Source of the DNA: TPA_inf: Saccharomyces
Taxonomy: Eukaryota
Assembly (NCBI GenBank): GCA_000146045.2
Contig: BK006948.2
Location: 608,001-672,000, forward strand
Direction: 5' to 3'
DNA length: 64,000 bases
Positions 1-11,839 of this stretch are shown here, piece after piece (position 1 is the first letter of the stretch; every line of letters starts with the position of its first letter). The notes below the pieces were generated by a model that had not been told where the DNA came from, did not search any database, and worked only from the letters and a program-made list of their open reading frames with translations. The translations under genes and the position numbers were made by a program.

Positions 1-475
1 ATTATCGACAGGTGACAGTATTGTTTCATTGGATGAATTGAAACCTATAATAACATTTATTAACTCATATGAAGGGATGGCTAATCCTATATTGAAAGAT
101 TTCTCGGAAAACGAGAGATTGACCAATTCCATAATCTGGAACTCGCCAAATGTATCGATTAATAGGCAAAGGAAATCTTATCCTTTAACTACAAAAGTCA
201 CTTCCAATTCCACGAAGGAAATCATCAAGTTTCATAATCAACCAAATACTAATGCAAACGAAATTGTTTTACGCTGTAAGATGGTCAAAAACTTGTCAGA
301 TTTACAGCTTATTAACATTAATCAAATACTAGACCAAATTACCATGGAGCTATATGTTGATTTAACCAAAATAGTAGAAGATTGGGAGTTTAAAAACAAA
401 AATGATTGGATGAAACAATGGGGTACTACCTTTGCATCCCAATTATTGTTGTTTGGGTTTGGTGCCATGGTTTGA
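1..475 (+). CDS. MDM32: 3' portion of a CDS whose start lies upstream of the window. The frame is open from position 2, and the listed ORF start at 29 is a TTG codon. By synteny it is probably the C-terminus of the mitochondrial inner-membrane protein Mdm32.
   Basis: Open frame continuous from the window edge to a stop at 473-475. It sits immediately upstream of SPP2/SMP3/MRPL23/RPB2 in the YOR147W-YOR151C order. The symbol is by synteny only; I do not recognise the sequence itself. Confidence 0.5.
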   Translation, partial: LSTGDSIVSLDELKPIITFINSYEGMANPILKDFSENERLTNSIIWNSPNVSINRQRKSYPLTTKVTSNSTKEIIKFHNQPNTNANEIVLRCKMVKNLSDLQLININQILDQITMELYVDLTKIVEDWEFKNKNDWMKQWGTTFASQLLLFGFGAMV

Positions 476-639
476 CTATTGCTTATATAATATCAAACTG
501 AACTTCCTTGCATTTCATTTATCAAGTAAATTGAAGAAAAAATAAGAAAAAAAAGCCAAACTAAAAATACCTCCTTCGGAACATGCATAAAATATAATGT
601 GTATATACCAAGTACTTTAAATTATATATTCAAACTTTC

Positions 640-1197
640 TCATGACTTATTTTTTTTGTCGTCATCAACTTTAGTGCCCGTTATTTTATCGATTTTTACG
701 ACGGGCATAAATGAAGCCTCCTCCACGTTTATTGCCTTATTTAACTTGGCACCAATTCCCAGTCCATCAGGATGTATCTGTGAAACATTTGAAACGTCCT
801 TGTTTCGACTCTGTGTCTTGTCGCCTTTAGAATCTTGCTCGGAGTCACTTTCCCACCCCATACCCCGAAGTAAAGCATCTCCAAATTCCTCGACAGGTAC
901 CTCATTATATTCTTTTTCGGTGACATATTCCACCAGAGGAGCATCGTTTTTTTTGGTATCCGCATTTTCACTCAGCTTGATCACTAATTTCTTCTTAGAA
1001 GATGATTCTTCATCAAGATCGAATTTATCAATACTTTGAATCTTTATCTTACTTTGAGGTTTATGCGAAAGGCTTGCAGTTTCCGCATCATCCCAATCGA
1101 ATAAGTTGGCCTTCTGTAATGAGTTTTTTTTTTTCGTCTTCTTGGAAATATTTTTTTTCAAGGTCTTACTCCCCAACTTAAGTGAAAACTTGCTCAT
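640..1197 (-). CDS. SPP2: G-patch pre-mRNA splicing factor Spp2 (185 aa)
   Basis: 185-aa ORF with an ATG start checked at 1195-1197. G-patch-like motif GDALLRGMGWESD. Length and neighbourhood match YOR148C. Confidence 0.75.
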   Translation of the reverse strand: MSKFSLKLGSKTLKKNISKKTKKKNSLQKANLFDWDDAETASLSHKPQSKIKIQSIDKFDLDEESSSKKKLVIKLSENADTKKNDAPLVEYVTEKEYNEVPVEEFGDALLRGMGWESDSEQDSKGDKTQSRNKDVSNVSQIHPDGLGIGAKLNKAINVEEASFMPVVKIDKITGTKVDDDKKNKS

Positions 1198-1837
1198 TCT
1201 ACATCCTAGATATGCCTCTAGACATTTTACCTACCATCGCTCGACGTGCATTATTACCTTAATAACTTAAAACAGCTATTCCTATATTTTTACATTTTTT
1301 TCTACGCACGGTCGGGTAACAAATGATAGCGCCAGATCATTGAGAACCCAAGTGTTGCATGTTGAACCTGCAATGCATAAATATTAGAAGCATTAGAAGC
1401 ATAGTAGTATGAAGTGACTGTGACAAATGAAGCTCTGTAATTCTTAGTTTGAATAACTTGCACATGTACTATGGTCAGTATCATGTCAAGCTTGTAGTAC
1501 GTGTGAACACAGATTTGGTTATGGAGTAATATAATACTTAACAGCAAGAGAACATCAATGGAGCTTTACTTAGACTTCGGGAGGTTTTCATACAGTTGTG
1601 TACTATACATAGATTAATAAGATTGCATATCAGAACTAACAATCCTATCTTGAGCTGAGTACCGAGTTTGTATCAGCCTACAATTAGAGATTTCAATGGG
1701 AAAAAATGAGTATGCAACAAATAGTTAACCATTGCTCGATTAAAGCACTCTTCTTTTTTATAAGAATACCTAGGATAAGATCATTTAAACTTAAATTCAC
1801 AGCCATAATATATGCATAACTCCTCATATAGCTGGTC

Positions 1838-3388
1838 TTATAGTAGTTCGATGGAGTACACTGTTAGCCCTGGCTTAAAAGTCGTGAAATCATTGAAATC
1901 AAGATGATCCAAATCCAAATGGAACAAGTAATTTCTTTTGGGTATTAAGTTAATAGTGCCATCTCTCTTCAACTTTTTCAATTCTGATGTCATGGAATTG
2001 GGAGTTACTAAAGTTAGTGGAGTTATGGACCCGTTTAAACGCAGCCGCCTAATTGTTTCTGTTAAAAGTGGTAAATCACAGCCTTTAAGGTCTATTACAT
2101 GATGGTTACCTACACTGAATGCCACTTCATCTATCGACTCAATACCATCCTGTGTATTGATAAGAGAAGAAACGGTTAGGTTATTGCTCATATACATCCA
2201 GGTGGGTGGTGAGTATGTTTTCCACCATATGTGAACGCCCATTTGTTCGGTACGAAAGTGGAAGTAATCTCCCAAAAATTGGATAATTCCTGCTTGATGT
2301 GAAATTCCCATGATGAACGCCATGATTATGTTAAAAAGAAGCCAAGTTCCCTTGAAAATTTTCTTGTTTACTAACGTGGAACTCAGAGGTGTCCAGTTTA
2401 AGTTTGTCACGAGTAGTGGCACTAGCGGTACAAGGAATCTTAATTCTTGATGTTGAAAGAATGAAAGAAAAAGCAGGCCAGATATGATTGCGTAAGTAGA
2501 TAATTTATCGAGTTTGTAACCGGAAAAAATCGCTAGCAGCAATACTGGGCCAACTATTTGAGGTAAATTGACCAGCAGATGGGTGTATCTTGGATGTAAT
2601 CCATGTACTTGCAAATTTTGGACATTGAGGTTGTATTTCAGGTTATTCAAGGGCGTAATGACAAATCCCTTTCCGTTGTTATAAATATTTGTATCAATAA
2701 GAACAAATAGACACGAGGAAAATGAAAATGAAAGTAAAAGTAAAGAAAAGGATTTCCAATGGACCCGGTAAAACTTCCAGAATAATATCAAACATGGTAA
2801 GAAAATAAATGCAGGAAAAGTAACTCTATTAAAAACACCAAAACTAAATATAAGTCCCAATATAACCGAATTTTTGAAATTACTTCTTTGAATATTTTTT
2901 TCGTTTACCATATCTTCCATTACAGTTAAAGTTGAGATTAAAGCCAGCGTTTCTATGGAATTGGAAAACGTGTGTGTTTGGTACGTCCAGGTTACGTAAG
3001 AAGTTAAAAGTAGACTTTTTTTGATGAATTGTACGGCCTTTCTCTCATCCCTTATTAATTTAGGTATTAAAAAATGATAGCACAATAGGTACATCACATA
3101 GTTTTGTAGTCTCATCGAATACAGAATTAACGCTGGGTTGTCCTGAATTTCGGGAAAAGATTCTAAAATAGTGAACAAAGGCCCGTAAACCAATAATAGG
3201 GGGCCGTAACTCCTAGCAGCAAATTTTGATTTAAATTCCCATGGGATGGTACCTTTGACCTTCATGAACTGCATAGCCAAAATCTCGATGCATTGGAAAT
3301 GTTCATCTGGATGAATATACGACGGGCCTAGGCATAGCATTAGGCCGATGGCATATACTAAATAAAGCCACCATTGATACCTCATCAT
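1838..3388 (-). CDS. SMP3: GPI alpha-1,2-mannosyltransferase IV (516 aa), a polytopic membrane protein
   Basis: 516-aa ORF, ATG checked. Multiple hydrophobic segments consistent with the GPI mannosyltransferase family. Length and synteny match YOR149C. Confidence 0.75.
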   Translation of the reverse strand: MMRYQWWLYLVYAIGLMLCLGPSYIHPDEHFQCIEILAMQFMKVKGTIPWEFKSKFAARSYGPLLLVYGPLFTILESFPEIQDNPALILYSMRLQNYVMYLLCYHFLIPKLIRDERKAVQFIKKSLLLTSYVTWTYQTHTFSNSIETLALISTLTVMEDMVNEKNIQRSNFKNSVILGLIFSFGVFNRVTFPAFIFLPCLILFWKFYRVHWKSFSLLLLSFSFSSCLFVLIDTNIYNNGKGFVITPLNNLKYNLNVQNLQVHGLHPRYTHLLVNLPQIVGPVLLLAIFSGYKLDKLSTYAIISGLLFLSFFQHQELRFLVPLVPLLVTNLNWTPLSSTLVNKKIFKGTWLLFNIIMAFIMGISHQAGIIQFLGDYFHFRTEQMGVHIWWKTYSPPTWMYMSNNLTVSSLINTQDGIESIDEVAFSVGNHHVIDLKGCDLPLLTETIRRLRLNGSITPLTLVTPNSMTSELKKLKRDGTINLIPKRNYLFHLDLDHLDFNDFTTFKPGLTVYSIELL

Positions 3389-3950
3389 ACACTTCCAAGT
3401 ACCTGATGTGTGCTTGCGAGTAAGAATACTATGATATCTTATCGGACATATAGATTTTCAGGCCTTTTGTATTGTGTTTTCATCTTTATATTACTTCAGA
3501 TTGTGCGCATCTCGCGAAATCCTCAGAGCTTCAGATTTGAACTTGTTGCCGACATAGTAAGTCCTCTCAGCACCTTACTGTAGAAGCACCTTTATAAGTT
3601 ATATTAAATCAATACATCTTCTATGAGATACATAGATCGATAAGTTGACTTTTTTTCACTATATTAGTGACTGGTTTTACTTCTTACAAACATTACAGTC
3701 CGCACATAAAAAGCTATTACGATGTCTATATAATGTTTTGCTCTATATTGCACGTACCAAACACGCTACTAGTAAGACATGAGTTCCATCTAGCGAAGAA
3801 TCACCGCACGCTATGGTTACTTAGACGGTTATGGTTTAGTTAATTATCGTTATAATGTTGATTGTTACCCGCATGGAGCCTTCCTTGTAGTTTAGAGATC
3901 TTTAAAACGTTCTAAATAAGTAAAAGAGAAAGACCTTATGAATACACTGA

Positions 3951-4490
<540 letters not shown>

Positions 4491-4996
4491 CTTATTGAAA
4501 TTATTTGTCATTTTTTTATATATCCTTTTTGCAGTCTTCAATCCATGTATATATTTATCTGTTATGTAGTTTTAATCAAAACGCGTATTAAAATCTTCTT
4601 TCTTTTATGAATACTAAATATATTTAACAGTGTGTAACAGCAACATTGTTCCAAAATGAACACCGTATATTTTTCTTATAACTTTTTACATAAGTCATTA
4701 TTTATGACTTGGATATTTAAGGTTTTCCGCTAAAGTTCATTAATATGTCTTGATAAAATTAAATTTTAATTTGGTAAAATGCGAAACAAGGACTATAAAT
4801 AAACACTGTGAGTCCCATTTTATTCATCATTATTTTTGTGTTTTTTGAATGCTTGAAAGTTCTCTCTGCTTATTAAAAGAAATGCTTCATTCTTATTTTA
4901 TTACTATTGCCTACTTGTTTACCCTTTTTTTGGCAAGATCAGCACAAATGAAATGTTTTTTATTATTTTACTTTCTTAGAGTTACAACATTATTTC

Positions 4997-7900
4997 TTAA
5001 AAATCTCTCGAACGATCGGTATATAAACGTGGTGTAATGTTCATAGCCATAAGTTCTTGGAATAATAACTTCGCGGCGTATGGAATATGAATTTGGTAAA
5101 TATCAATCTTATTATCACATCCCTTACATTCAAATTGGTTATGATTTAATTTCGCGATAACTGTCATCAGCCCGCAAATACCACAAATATGGACTCTAAA
5201 GGCATCGGATGCTTCCATTAATCTCTCCTTCAAGAATGAGGCAGCACCATGAGCAATCATACAGTCACGTTCCATCTCACCGAATCTTAAACCACCGTCT
5301 CTCGATCTACCCTCTACAGGCTGTCTCGTCAATACTTGCATTGGACCACGTGCTCTGGCATGTATCTTGTCATCCACCATGTGTCTTAGTCGTTGATAAT
5401 ATGTAGGACCAAAGAAAATTTGAGCCATTAGTTTTTTACCTGTGTGACCATTATACATAACTTCAAACCCACGAGATTGATAACCATGCTCACGCAGTAG
5501 TTTGGATATACCTTCTACAGTAATGTCCGTGAAAGGAGAGGCGTCACCTTCATTACCAGATAGTGCCGCGACTTTACTCAACAAACATTCAATTAAATGG
5601 GCAACAGTCATACGAGATGGAATAGCATGAGGGTTAATAATCAAATCTGGAACAATACCTTCTGCGGTAAATGGCATATCTTCTCTACGATATGTGATAC
5701 CAATAGTACCCTTTTGACCGTGACGAGAAGCAAATTTGTCACCAATTTGAGGAATCTTTGTAGTTCTTACACGAACTTTGACAAACTTTAACCCATCTTG
5801 GTTTGTTGTGACTAAAACTTGATCAACAATACCGTTTTCAGTACTTCTCAATGGTGTGGAAGCATCACGTTTGGAATGGTATGCTGTTCTTTGACCGAGT
5901 TCCTCTTCATCTGGTGAGATTGGTGTGGTTTTACCGATAATCACATCTTCTCCTGAAACTCTAACACCAGGCGCAATTAGACCATCATCGTCCAACTTAT
6001 CGTATGTACCATGTTTCATTCTTAAGGTGTTTGTACGTTGTGGTTTCTCAAAAGTCTCCGTTATAGACATACCGTACTTCTTTTCCTGATCCATATAAGA
6101 TCTGAAAAACAGAGATCTGAATAGACCACGATCAATTGAAGACTGGTTCATAATCATAGAATCTTCTTGATTATAACCGGAGTAACATGCAATAGCAACA
6201 ATTGCATTTTGACCAGCGGGTAATTCTCTAAACTTCAAATATTCCATCGCACGTGTAGTACCCAATGGTTTTTGAGGATAATATAGAATATTGGCCATAG
6301 TATCCATACGCACATTATAGTTTGTTAAAAACACACCCATAGCTTGCTTACCCATCGCAGATTGGTAAGTGTTACGCGGAGATTGATTATGGTCAGGGAA
6401 TGGAATAATGGATGCTGCGACACCGAGAATCATAGAAGGATGAATCTCACAATGTGTAAATGTTGTAGCATGATGTGATACTCTTATACGTTTGGCAGGA
6501 TCAACATCGAGATCGTTTTCCTCATTTGCCTCTGCAGGCTCGAGATCTTCCGGTTGCATTGCGATCAATATAGATTCTTCTTCTTCAGCATCAATGTATT
6601 CCACTAAACCCTCATTCAATAATGATGACCATGTATATTCTTCTACATCTTCAAATCCACCTTCAATATCTTGATATTCGGTAGCCATCAGTTTGGCAAT
6701 ATGACCCTTTCTTACCTTTAATTCCTTATGGCCTAGTGATTCATCGTCTTCAACAATAAATAATGGTCTATAAACTCTACCGGCATCTGTAAAGATTTTT
6801 AGCTCCTTTTCACGAATATCTCTAATCATAGAAACTTCCGGATTGATATCACCCTTTCTTCTCAATGTTCTAAGGGTTTCCATTAATCTTGCTGGGTTTC
6901 TGTGAACACCGTGCCAAACACCATTGACGAAGACCCTTGTCGCGTCAGGTGATTGATGTGGTACGTAATCTTCCAGTGGTTCCATACCCCATTCACTCAA
7001 AAAAGTGATGATAGGCATCGGATCTGTACCAACAGAAATACAAGACATCAGTGACAGATTCTTAACTAAACCACACGCTTGGCCTTCAGGAGTTTCTGCA
7101 GGACAGACCAACCCCCAATGTGTATTATGCAATTGACGTGGTTTGGCTAATTTACCATCACGACCAATAGGGGTATTTGTTCTTCTTAAATGTGATAAGG
7201 TGGATGAATAAGTGTAACGGTTCAAAACCTGAGAAACACCTGCCCTAGAAGACATGGCTTTTTTTTGTTCACCCCAGTTACCAGTAGCCAAAGCGTACTT
7301 AAGACCCGATGTTATGGTTTTTGCGTTAATCGCTAATTTCATGTTAAAGTCATGGGCTTCCTCTACAGTTCTTTGCATATAACGGAAAATATCTTTAGTT
7401 AATTTTTTGAACAATGTCTTGAAAAGTTGGGCCAATAATGGACCTGCCAAATCTAATCTTTTTTTCCCGAAATGATCACGATCATCTTGGTCTTTACGAT
7501 CTAAAGCACACAGTAATAATCTGTTTATCATATAACCTAAGAAAAATGCCTTTCTACTTTCAAAACCTTCTAATTGAGTAATATGAGGTAGGAATTCTTT
7601 TTGTAAAATGTCTTTTGCATATTGGATTCTTTTTTCTTTCTTAATACCAAGGGCAGTACCACGACGACCAATAAAGTCTAATGCAGTTTCACGATCTTGA
7701 ATAACAAACCCGTCTTCAACACAAGGCTTAAGCATTTCCAGCATTTGCCAATCATTTACGTCGTAGCAGATATGTTCTAAAATTTCACCGTCTGGAATAA
7801 TACCTAAAGCTCTGAATATGATTACAATAGGAATATCCTGTTTGATATATGGTAATGTGGCTTTAATAGTACGAGCTGAACTACCCTCACGACCATAAAG

Positions 7901-8671
7901 CTTGACTTGAAGGGTACTGATAAACCTAGAACCTTTTTCAAGGGCAGATCTAATTTCTGCTACATGAGAAATTGGAGATGGGGCGGCTTTTTTAAACACT
8001 TGAACAATATTACCTGCAGAACGCTCCTGTGCAATCAAAACTTTTTCAGAACCATTAATGATGAAATAACCACCCATATCAAAGGGACATTCTTTCAGCT
8101 TATATAAATCTGATTCTGTAGCCTCACTTAGGTAACAATTCTTTGATCTTAACATAATCGGTAAACGGCCAATGAAAACTTTTCCGCTTTCGCTGTCATC
8201 TTCAGATTCTTCGGCAATTAATTCATATTTCAGTTCCCTACCTGGAACATCAATAGCTTCATATGTTCTCTTCTTAACATCAACAAATAAACCAGACGAA
8301 TATGTCAAATTACGTAAACGTGCTTCTTGTGGATACAACGCATGGGTAACACCATCAGATTCATTTACCATTGGCTTTGTAACATAGATTTTACCAAAAC
8401 TAATCTCATACTTTCTACTGATGTTGTCTGATTCGGTAGTATGTTGAGCCAACTGCTCTAAAATCAAGGTGGAATCCTCGCAAATAATGTCTTGTAAAGT
8501 ATAATCAACGAATTGATTGAAAGAGTCAAGTTGTTGTGAAACTAGCCCCTTCTCGCGAAAAAAAGCGGATATAACAGCCCACGAATCTTCTGCAGTAATT
8601 GGTGCACTTTCATCCTCGAATCCATATGGGTCCTCATCATAATACTTTTCTGAGTTTGCAAGGTCTGACAT
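4997..8671 (-). CDS. RPB2: RNA polymerase II second-largest subunit (1224 aa)
   Basis: 1224-aa ORF, ATG checked at 8669-8671. Unmistakable RPB2 motifs, e.g. [13 protein letters not shown] and the C-terminal zinc ribbon CGICGL...CKGC. Confidence 0.97.
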
Positions 8672-9517
8672 CCTTATAATTATTTTTCTATACTTGTTTG
8701 TGTTCTTTTTCTGGTCCTAATTTTTATAATACGGAGCTTCTACAGTGTCTTATTCCGCTGTCGTGTTCCTTATGTTTGTTCCTTACTGTTGGGTTCTTCT
8801 TTAAGAAATATACGATAAGCAAAAATTATTCGAACTATCTGTAAACCTGAGGAGAAGGAATGAGTGCAATATCCAAGTACCCTAACTTTATAAAGCTGCT
8901 CCCTACTTAGACAAATCACTAGCTTTTATGGTTGCTAAAAGTAGTGGTCAGTTCCTTATTGCATGAATTACAACTCACTTCTTGTTTGTTCGCCACTTTT
9001 TCAAAAGCTACTACGAAAGTGAGAGGATGAAAAAAAATAGAAAAGTGAAAAATCATTTTGAACGCCAAGCAGGGTAACAAATTATTTTAAGATGGCCGCT
9101 ATTTTGTCAACTCAGAATTATTTGGGATTATGCTTTTAAAACAGAGAAACCTCAATTATAGTGCAGTTATGAAATGCTATATGCTATGTTCAGCCTATAA
9201 ACTCATAGTAGCAGCTCGAAGTAGCATTTTTTTAAATTCTTCACCATTTGGACAACTTTATTTCATTCTTTTATGTATACTTTCTTTCCTTAATAGCCGA
9301 TACAGCATGTTTAACCATGCCGACGATTATGCGGCGGGTTGGAGAGGAAGTCACAAGAAGGAACTATATTATTTATTTTTTTCTGTTTCCTAGAATGCAT
9401 ACATATGCGTAAATATATATGGCGATTTTTGTGTTTCGTCGCCTGAACTTTGTTTTGTGTCTATGAAAAATTAGGTACCTTCATAGACTACCATTATGGT
9501 AAAATGGAAAAACTATT

Positions 9518-10288
9518 CTAATCCAATTCAGTTGTCTCATCTAGAATATCCTCCATAAAATCATAATCATTCGGGAACTCAGTGCTGGTAAAATTTTGTT
9601 CGAAAGACGATGATTGTTGTGAAGACTTCTGATAAGCAGCTCCATTCTTTGTAGATTCACGGTCACCGTTTTGATAGCGATTTTTGTCGCCTTGGGGTTG
9701 CTCCGTTACAAAGGGTCTCAATCTCGTTAGAATGAGATTTTGTAGGAAATCAGAAACTTTTGCTAAGTAGAATGTTCTTGGAAATTCGTACCTTTTTGTT
9801 ACAGATATTAAAATCTGAGTTAATTTACCGAATAAGAATTTGTCATTGGTGTCATCTGCAAACCAAATGTTATAAATTGAAGAAAACAGTAAATAACTGT
9901 TAAAATTCGGTTCTGTTATCTTATTAAGGAATCCGGTAAGCTTGTTTTGAGATTCCATAAAGGCAATGAAGTCATATACCAGCTCTCTTGTCAAGCAAAT
10001 ACTTCCAAACGACATAAGTAAAGAGGTAAATGGTAAGAAATTCAGAAAGGCATCAATAGGAGTATAGAGGTAAATAAAATGTATGAACTCGTAAAGACTC
10101 CAATATTTTAACAGTGATTTATAAATGGTGATGACAACTGGGGACTGACCCAAAGAAGTAGCGGTTTTAGCAGCACTTGCCTTTGAGAAGTCAACGGAAG
10201 ACGTCAGATAGACCACTTCTAATGTCAGCTGCAAAGGAATGGCAACTGAGGTAAGCAAAAATAAGGGCCATAAAATTAAATTAAACAT
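9518..10288 (-). CDS. ATG40: 256-aa reticulon-like membrane protein, the ER-phagy receptor Atg40 (YOR152C)
   Basis: 256-aa ORF with ATG start. Hydrophobic reticulon-like N-terminal half and an acidic C-terminus. Position between RPB2 and PDR5 matches YOR152C. The symbol is by synteny and length. Confidence 0.6.
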   Translation of the reverse strand: MFNLILWPLFLLTSVAIPLQLTLEVVYLTSSVDFSKASAAKTATSLGQSPVVITIYKSLLKYWSLYEFIHFIYLYTPIDAFLNFLPFTSLLMSFGSICLTRELVYDFIAFMESQNKLTGFLNKITEPNFNSYLLFSSIYNIWFADDTNDKFLFGKLTQILISVTKRYEFPRTFYLAKVSDFLQNLILTRLRPFVTEQPQGDKNRYQNGDRESTKNGAAYQKSSQQSSSFEQNFTSTEFPNDYDFMEDILDETTELD

Positions 10289-11276
10289 TAGTTTTCTATG
10301 GTGGAGTGAAGCACAGCAGAAAGAACGTTAGGAACCTTAGCTAAAAGATAGAAAAAAAGAGCACTACAAAAATCTTATCCTCGATTTGAAATACTAATGT
10401 CGAGCCAGATCAAATTAAATGAAATCGAAATGATATAACGTTGCTCTTGCACGTGTATTTCGCTGCTTAGGAAAGTTGTTTCCACATATTATCTTTTGTA
10501 CGATTTTAAACAGTAAAATCGATGCATATTAAGGGAGGCCCAATACCCGCGGGCAGTAACCGCATCTTTGGAAATACCGGGTAATAATAAATGCCCGGGA
10601 AAAAAGAGCATAAAACAGAGAGGCGATATAGGAATGAATATGTGCTATTTACGGAAGGGAAAAACACTTATTGTTTTTCTGAAATGTGACACAGTAAAGT
10701 CCGTCATATACGGTTCTCCGTTGGGCGCTACCACACACATATATATAAGCCTGAATGCAGTAGACAAATTTCAGATATCATACAAAGGAAGCGTTCTCTG
10801 GGACCCCTTTCTATGTTTAGATGGTTCACTGAACTTGTTCGTTAACGTAAATATGTCTTCCTCTTTGATTCCAACAATGATATTATAAGGAAATTATCGT
10901 CACAATCTAATCAACAAGGACAAAGAAAAGAAAAAGTTGAGAGAGAGAACAAAAGTTCAAATCAAAGAAAAAAAAGAACATCAAATTACCTATTACAATA
11001 AACAATTAAGCCATACTCGCAACAATTTGCCATAATAGAAAGCAGCACCTCGTTGGCGCAGTCCCTTACATAGTACACAACATTTATCACTTCACACAAT
11101 CAGGAGTGGAACTCAATGGAAAACAACACCACACGTATGATCTTACTAATAAAAGAACATGAACGTTCCTCAGCGCGAACGTTCGCATTCTGCGCCTTCG
11201 AGCACAGGATAAGTTGCAGGAAGCCATCACATCTATGCAACGATTATCACGACACAACCTTGCCGCCGAGAAAACG

Positions 11277-11284
11277 TCCGTGGA
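11277..11284. promoter_or_regulatory. PDRE variant TCCGTGGA (Pdr1/Pdr3 response element) in the PDR5 promoter
   Basis: Exact 8-mer TCCGTGGA, about 560 bp upstream of the PDR5 ATG. One of four PDRE-type sites clustered at 11277-11534. Confidence 0.7.
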
Positions 11285-11348
11285 GAACCATTCGGTCGAT
11301 TGCTTCCCACGGAACGAGTGGACTGAAACTTAAGACTGCCCCTCTCTT

Positions 11349-11356
11349 TCCGCGGA
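11349..11356. promoter_or_regulatory. Perfect palindromic PDRE TCCGCGGA in the PDR5 promoter
   Basis: Exact TCCGCGGA in the context ctctttccgcggaatc. PDR5 is the classic Pdr1/Pdr3 target with several PDREs. Confidence 0.8.
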
Positions 11357-11464
11357 ATCGCTCATGCCGCGGTGCCACAACATTTTCAGATTTACTAAGA
11401 CTCCGGTGAGTGTGGGCTCACCCGCGGGTCGTGATCACGATTCAGCACCCTTTGGACTCGTGAT

Positions 11465-11472
11465 TCCGTGGA
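11465..11472. promoter_or_regulatory. PDRE variant TCCGTGGA in the PDR5 promoter
   Basis: Exact TCCGTGGA. A CCCGCGGG core lies between it and the previous PDRE at 11421-11428. Confidence 0.65.
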
Positions 11473-11526
11473 AAGGTCAGATCTGTATTCCTACTTATGG
11501 TAATGTGCTAAAAAAAGAGAAATGTC

Positions 11527-11534
11527 TCCGCGGA
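11527..11534. promoter_or_regulatory. Perfect PDRE TCCGCGGA in the PDR5 promoter, about 310 bp upstream of the ATG
   Basis: Exact TCCGCGGA in the context tgtctccgcggaactc. Confidence 0.8.
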
Positions 11535-11839
11535 ACTCTTCTACGCCGTGGTACGATATCTGTTGAACGTAATCTGAGCAATACAAACAAGGCCTCTCCT
11601 ATACATATATAATTGTGATGTGCATAACCTTATGGCTGTTCGCTTTTATTATCATACCTTAGAATGAAATCCAAAAGAAAAAAGTCACGCAAAGTTGCAA
11701 ACATATAACAACTGTGTTAGTTATCACTCGACTTTGTTATTCTAATTATAAATAAATTGGCAACTAGGAACTTTCGAAAAAGAAATTAAAGACCCTTTTA
11801 AGTTTTCGTATCCGCTCGTTCGAAAGACTTTAGACAAAA

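Noticed and set aside
11116-11612. ORFs of 97 aa and 82 aa in the PDR5 upstream region as protein-coding genes
   Set aside because: They lie within the PDRE-containing PDR5 promoter and are GC-rich by virtue of the CGG-rich regulatory motifs. Their open frames are most simply a consequence of GC-rich composition. No support for coding.
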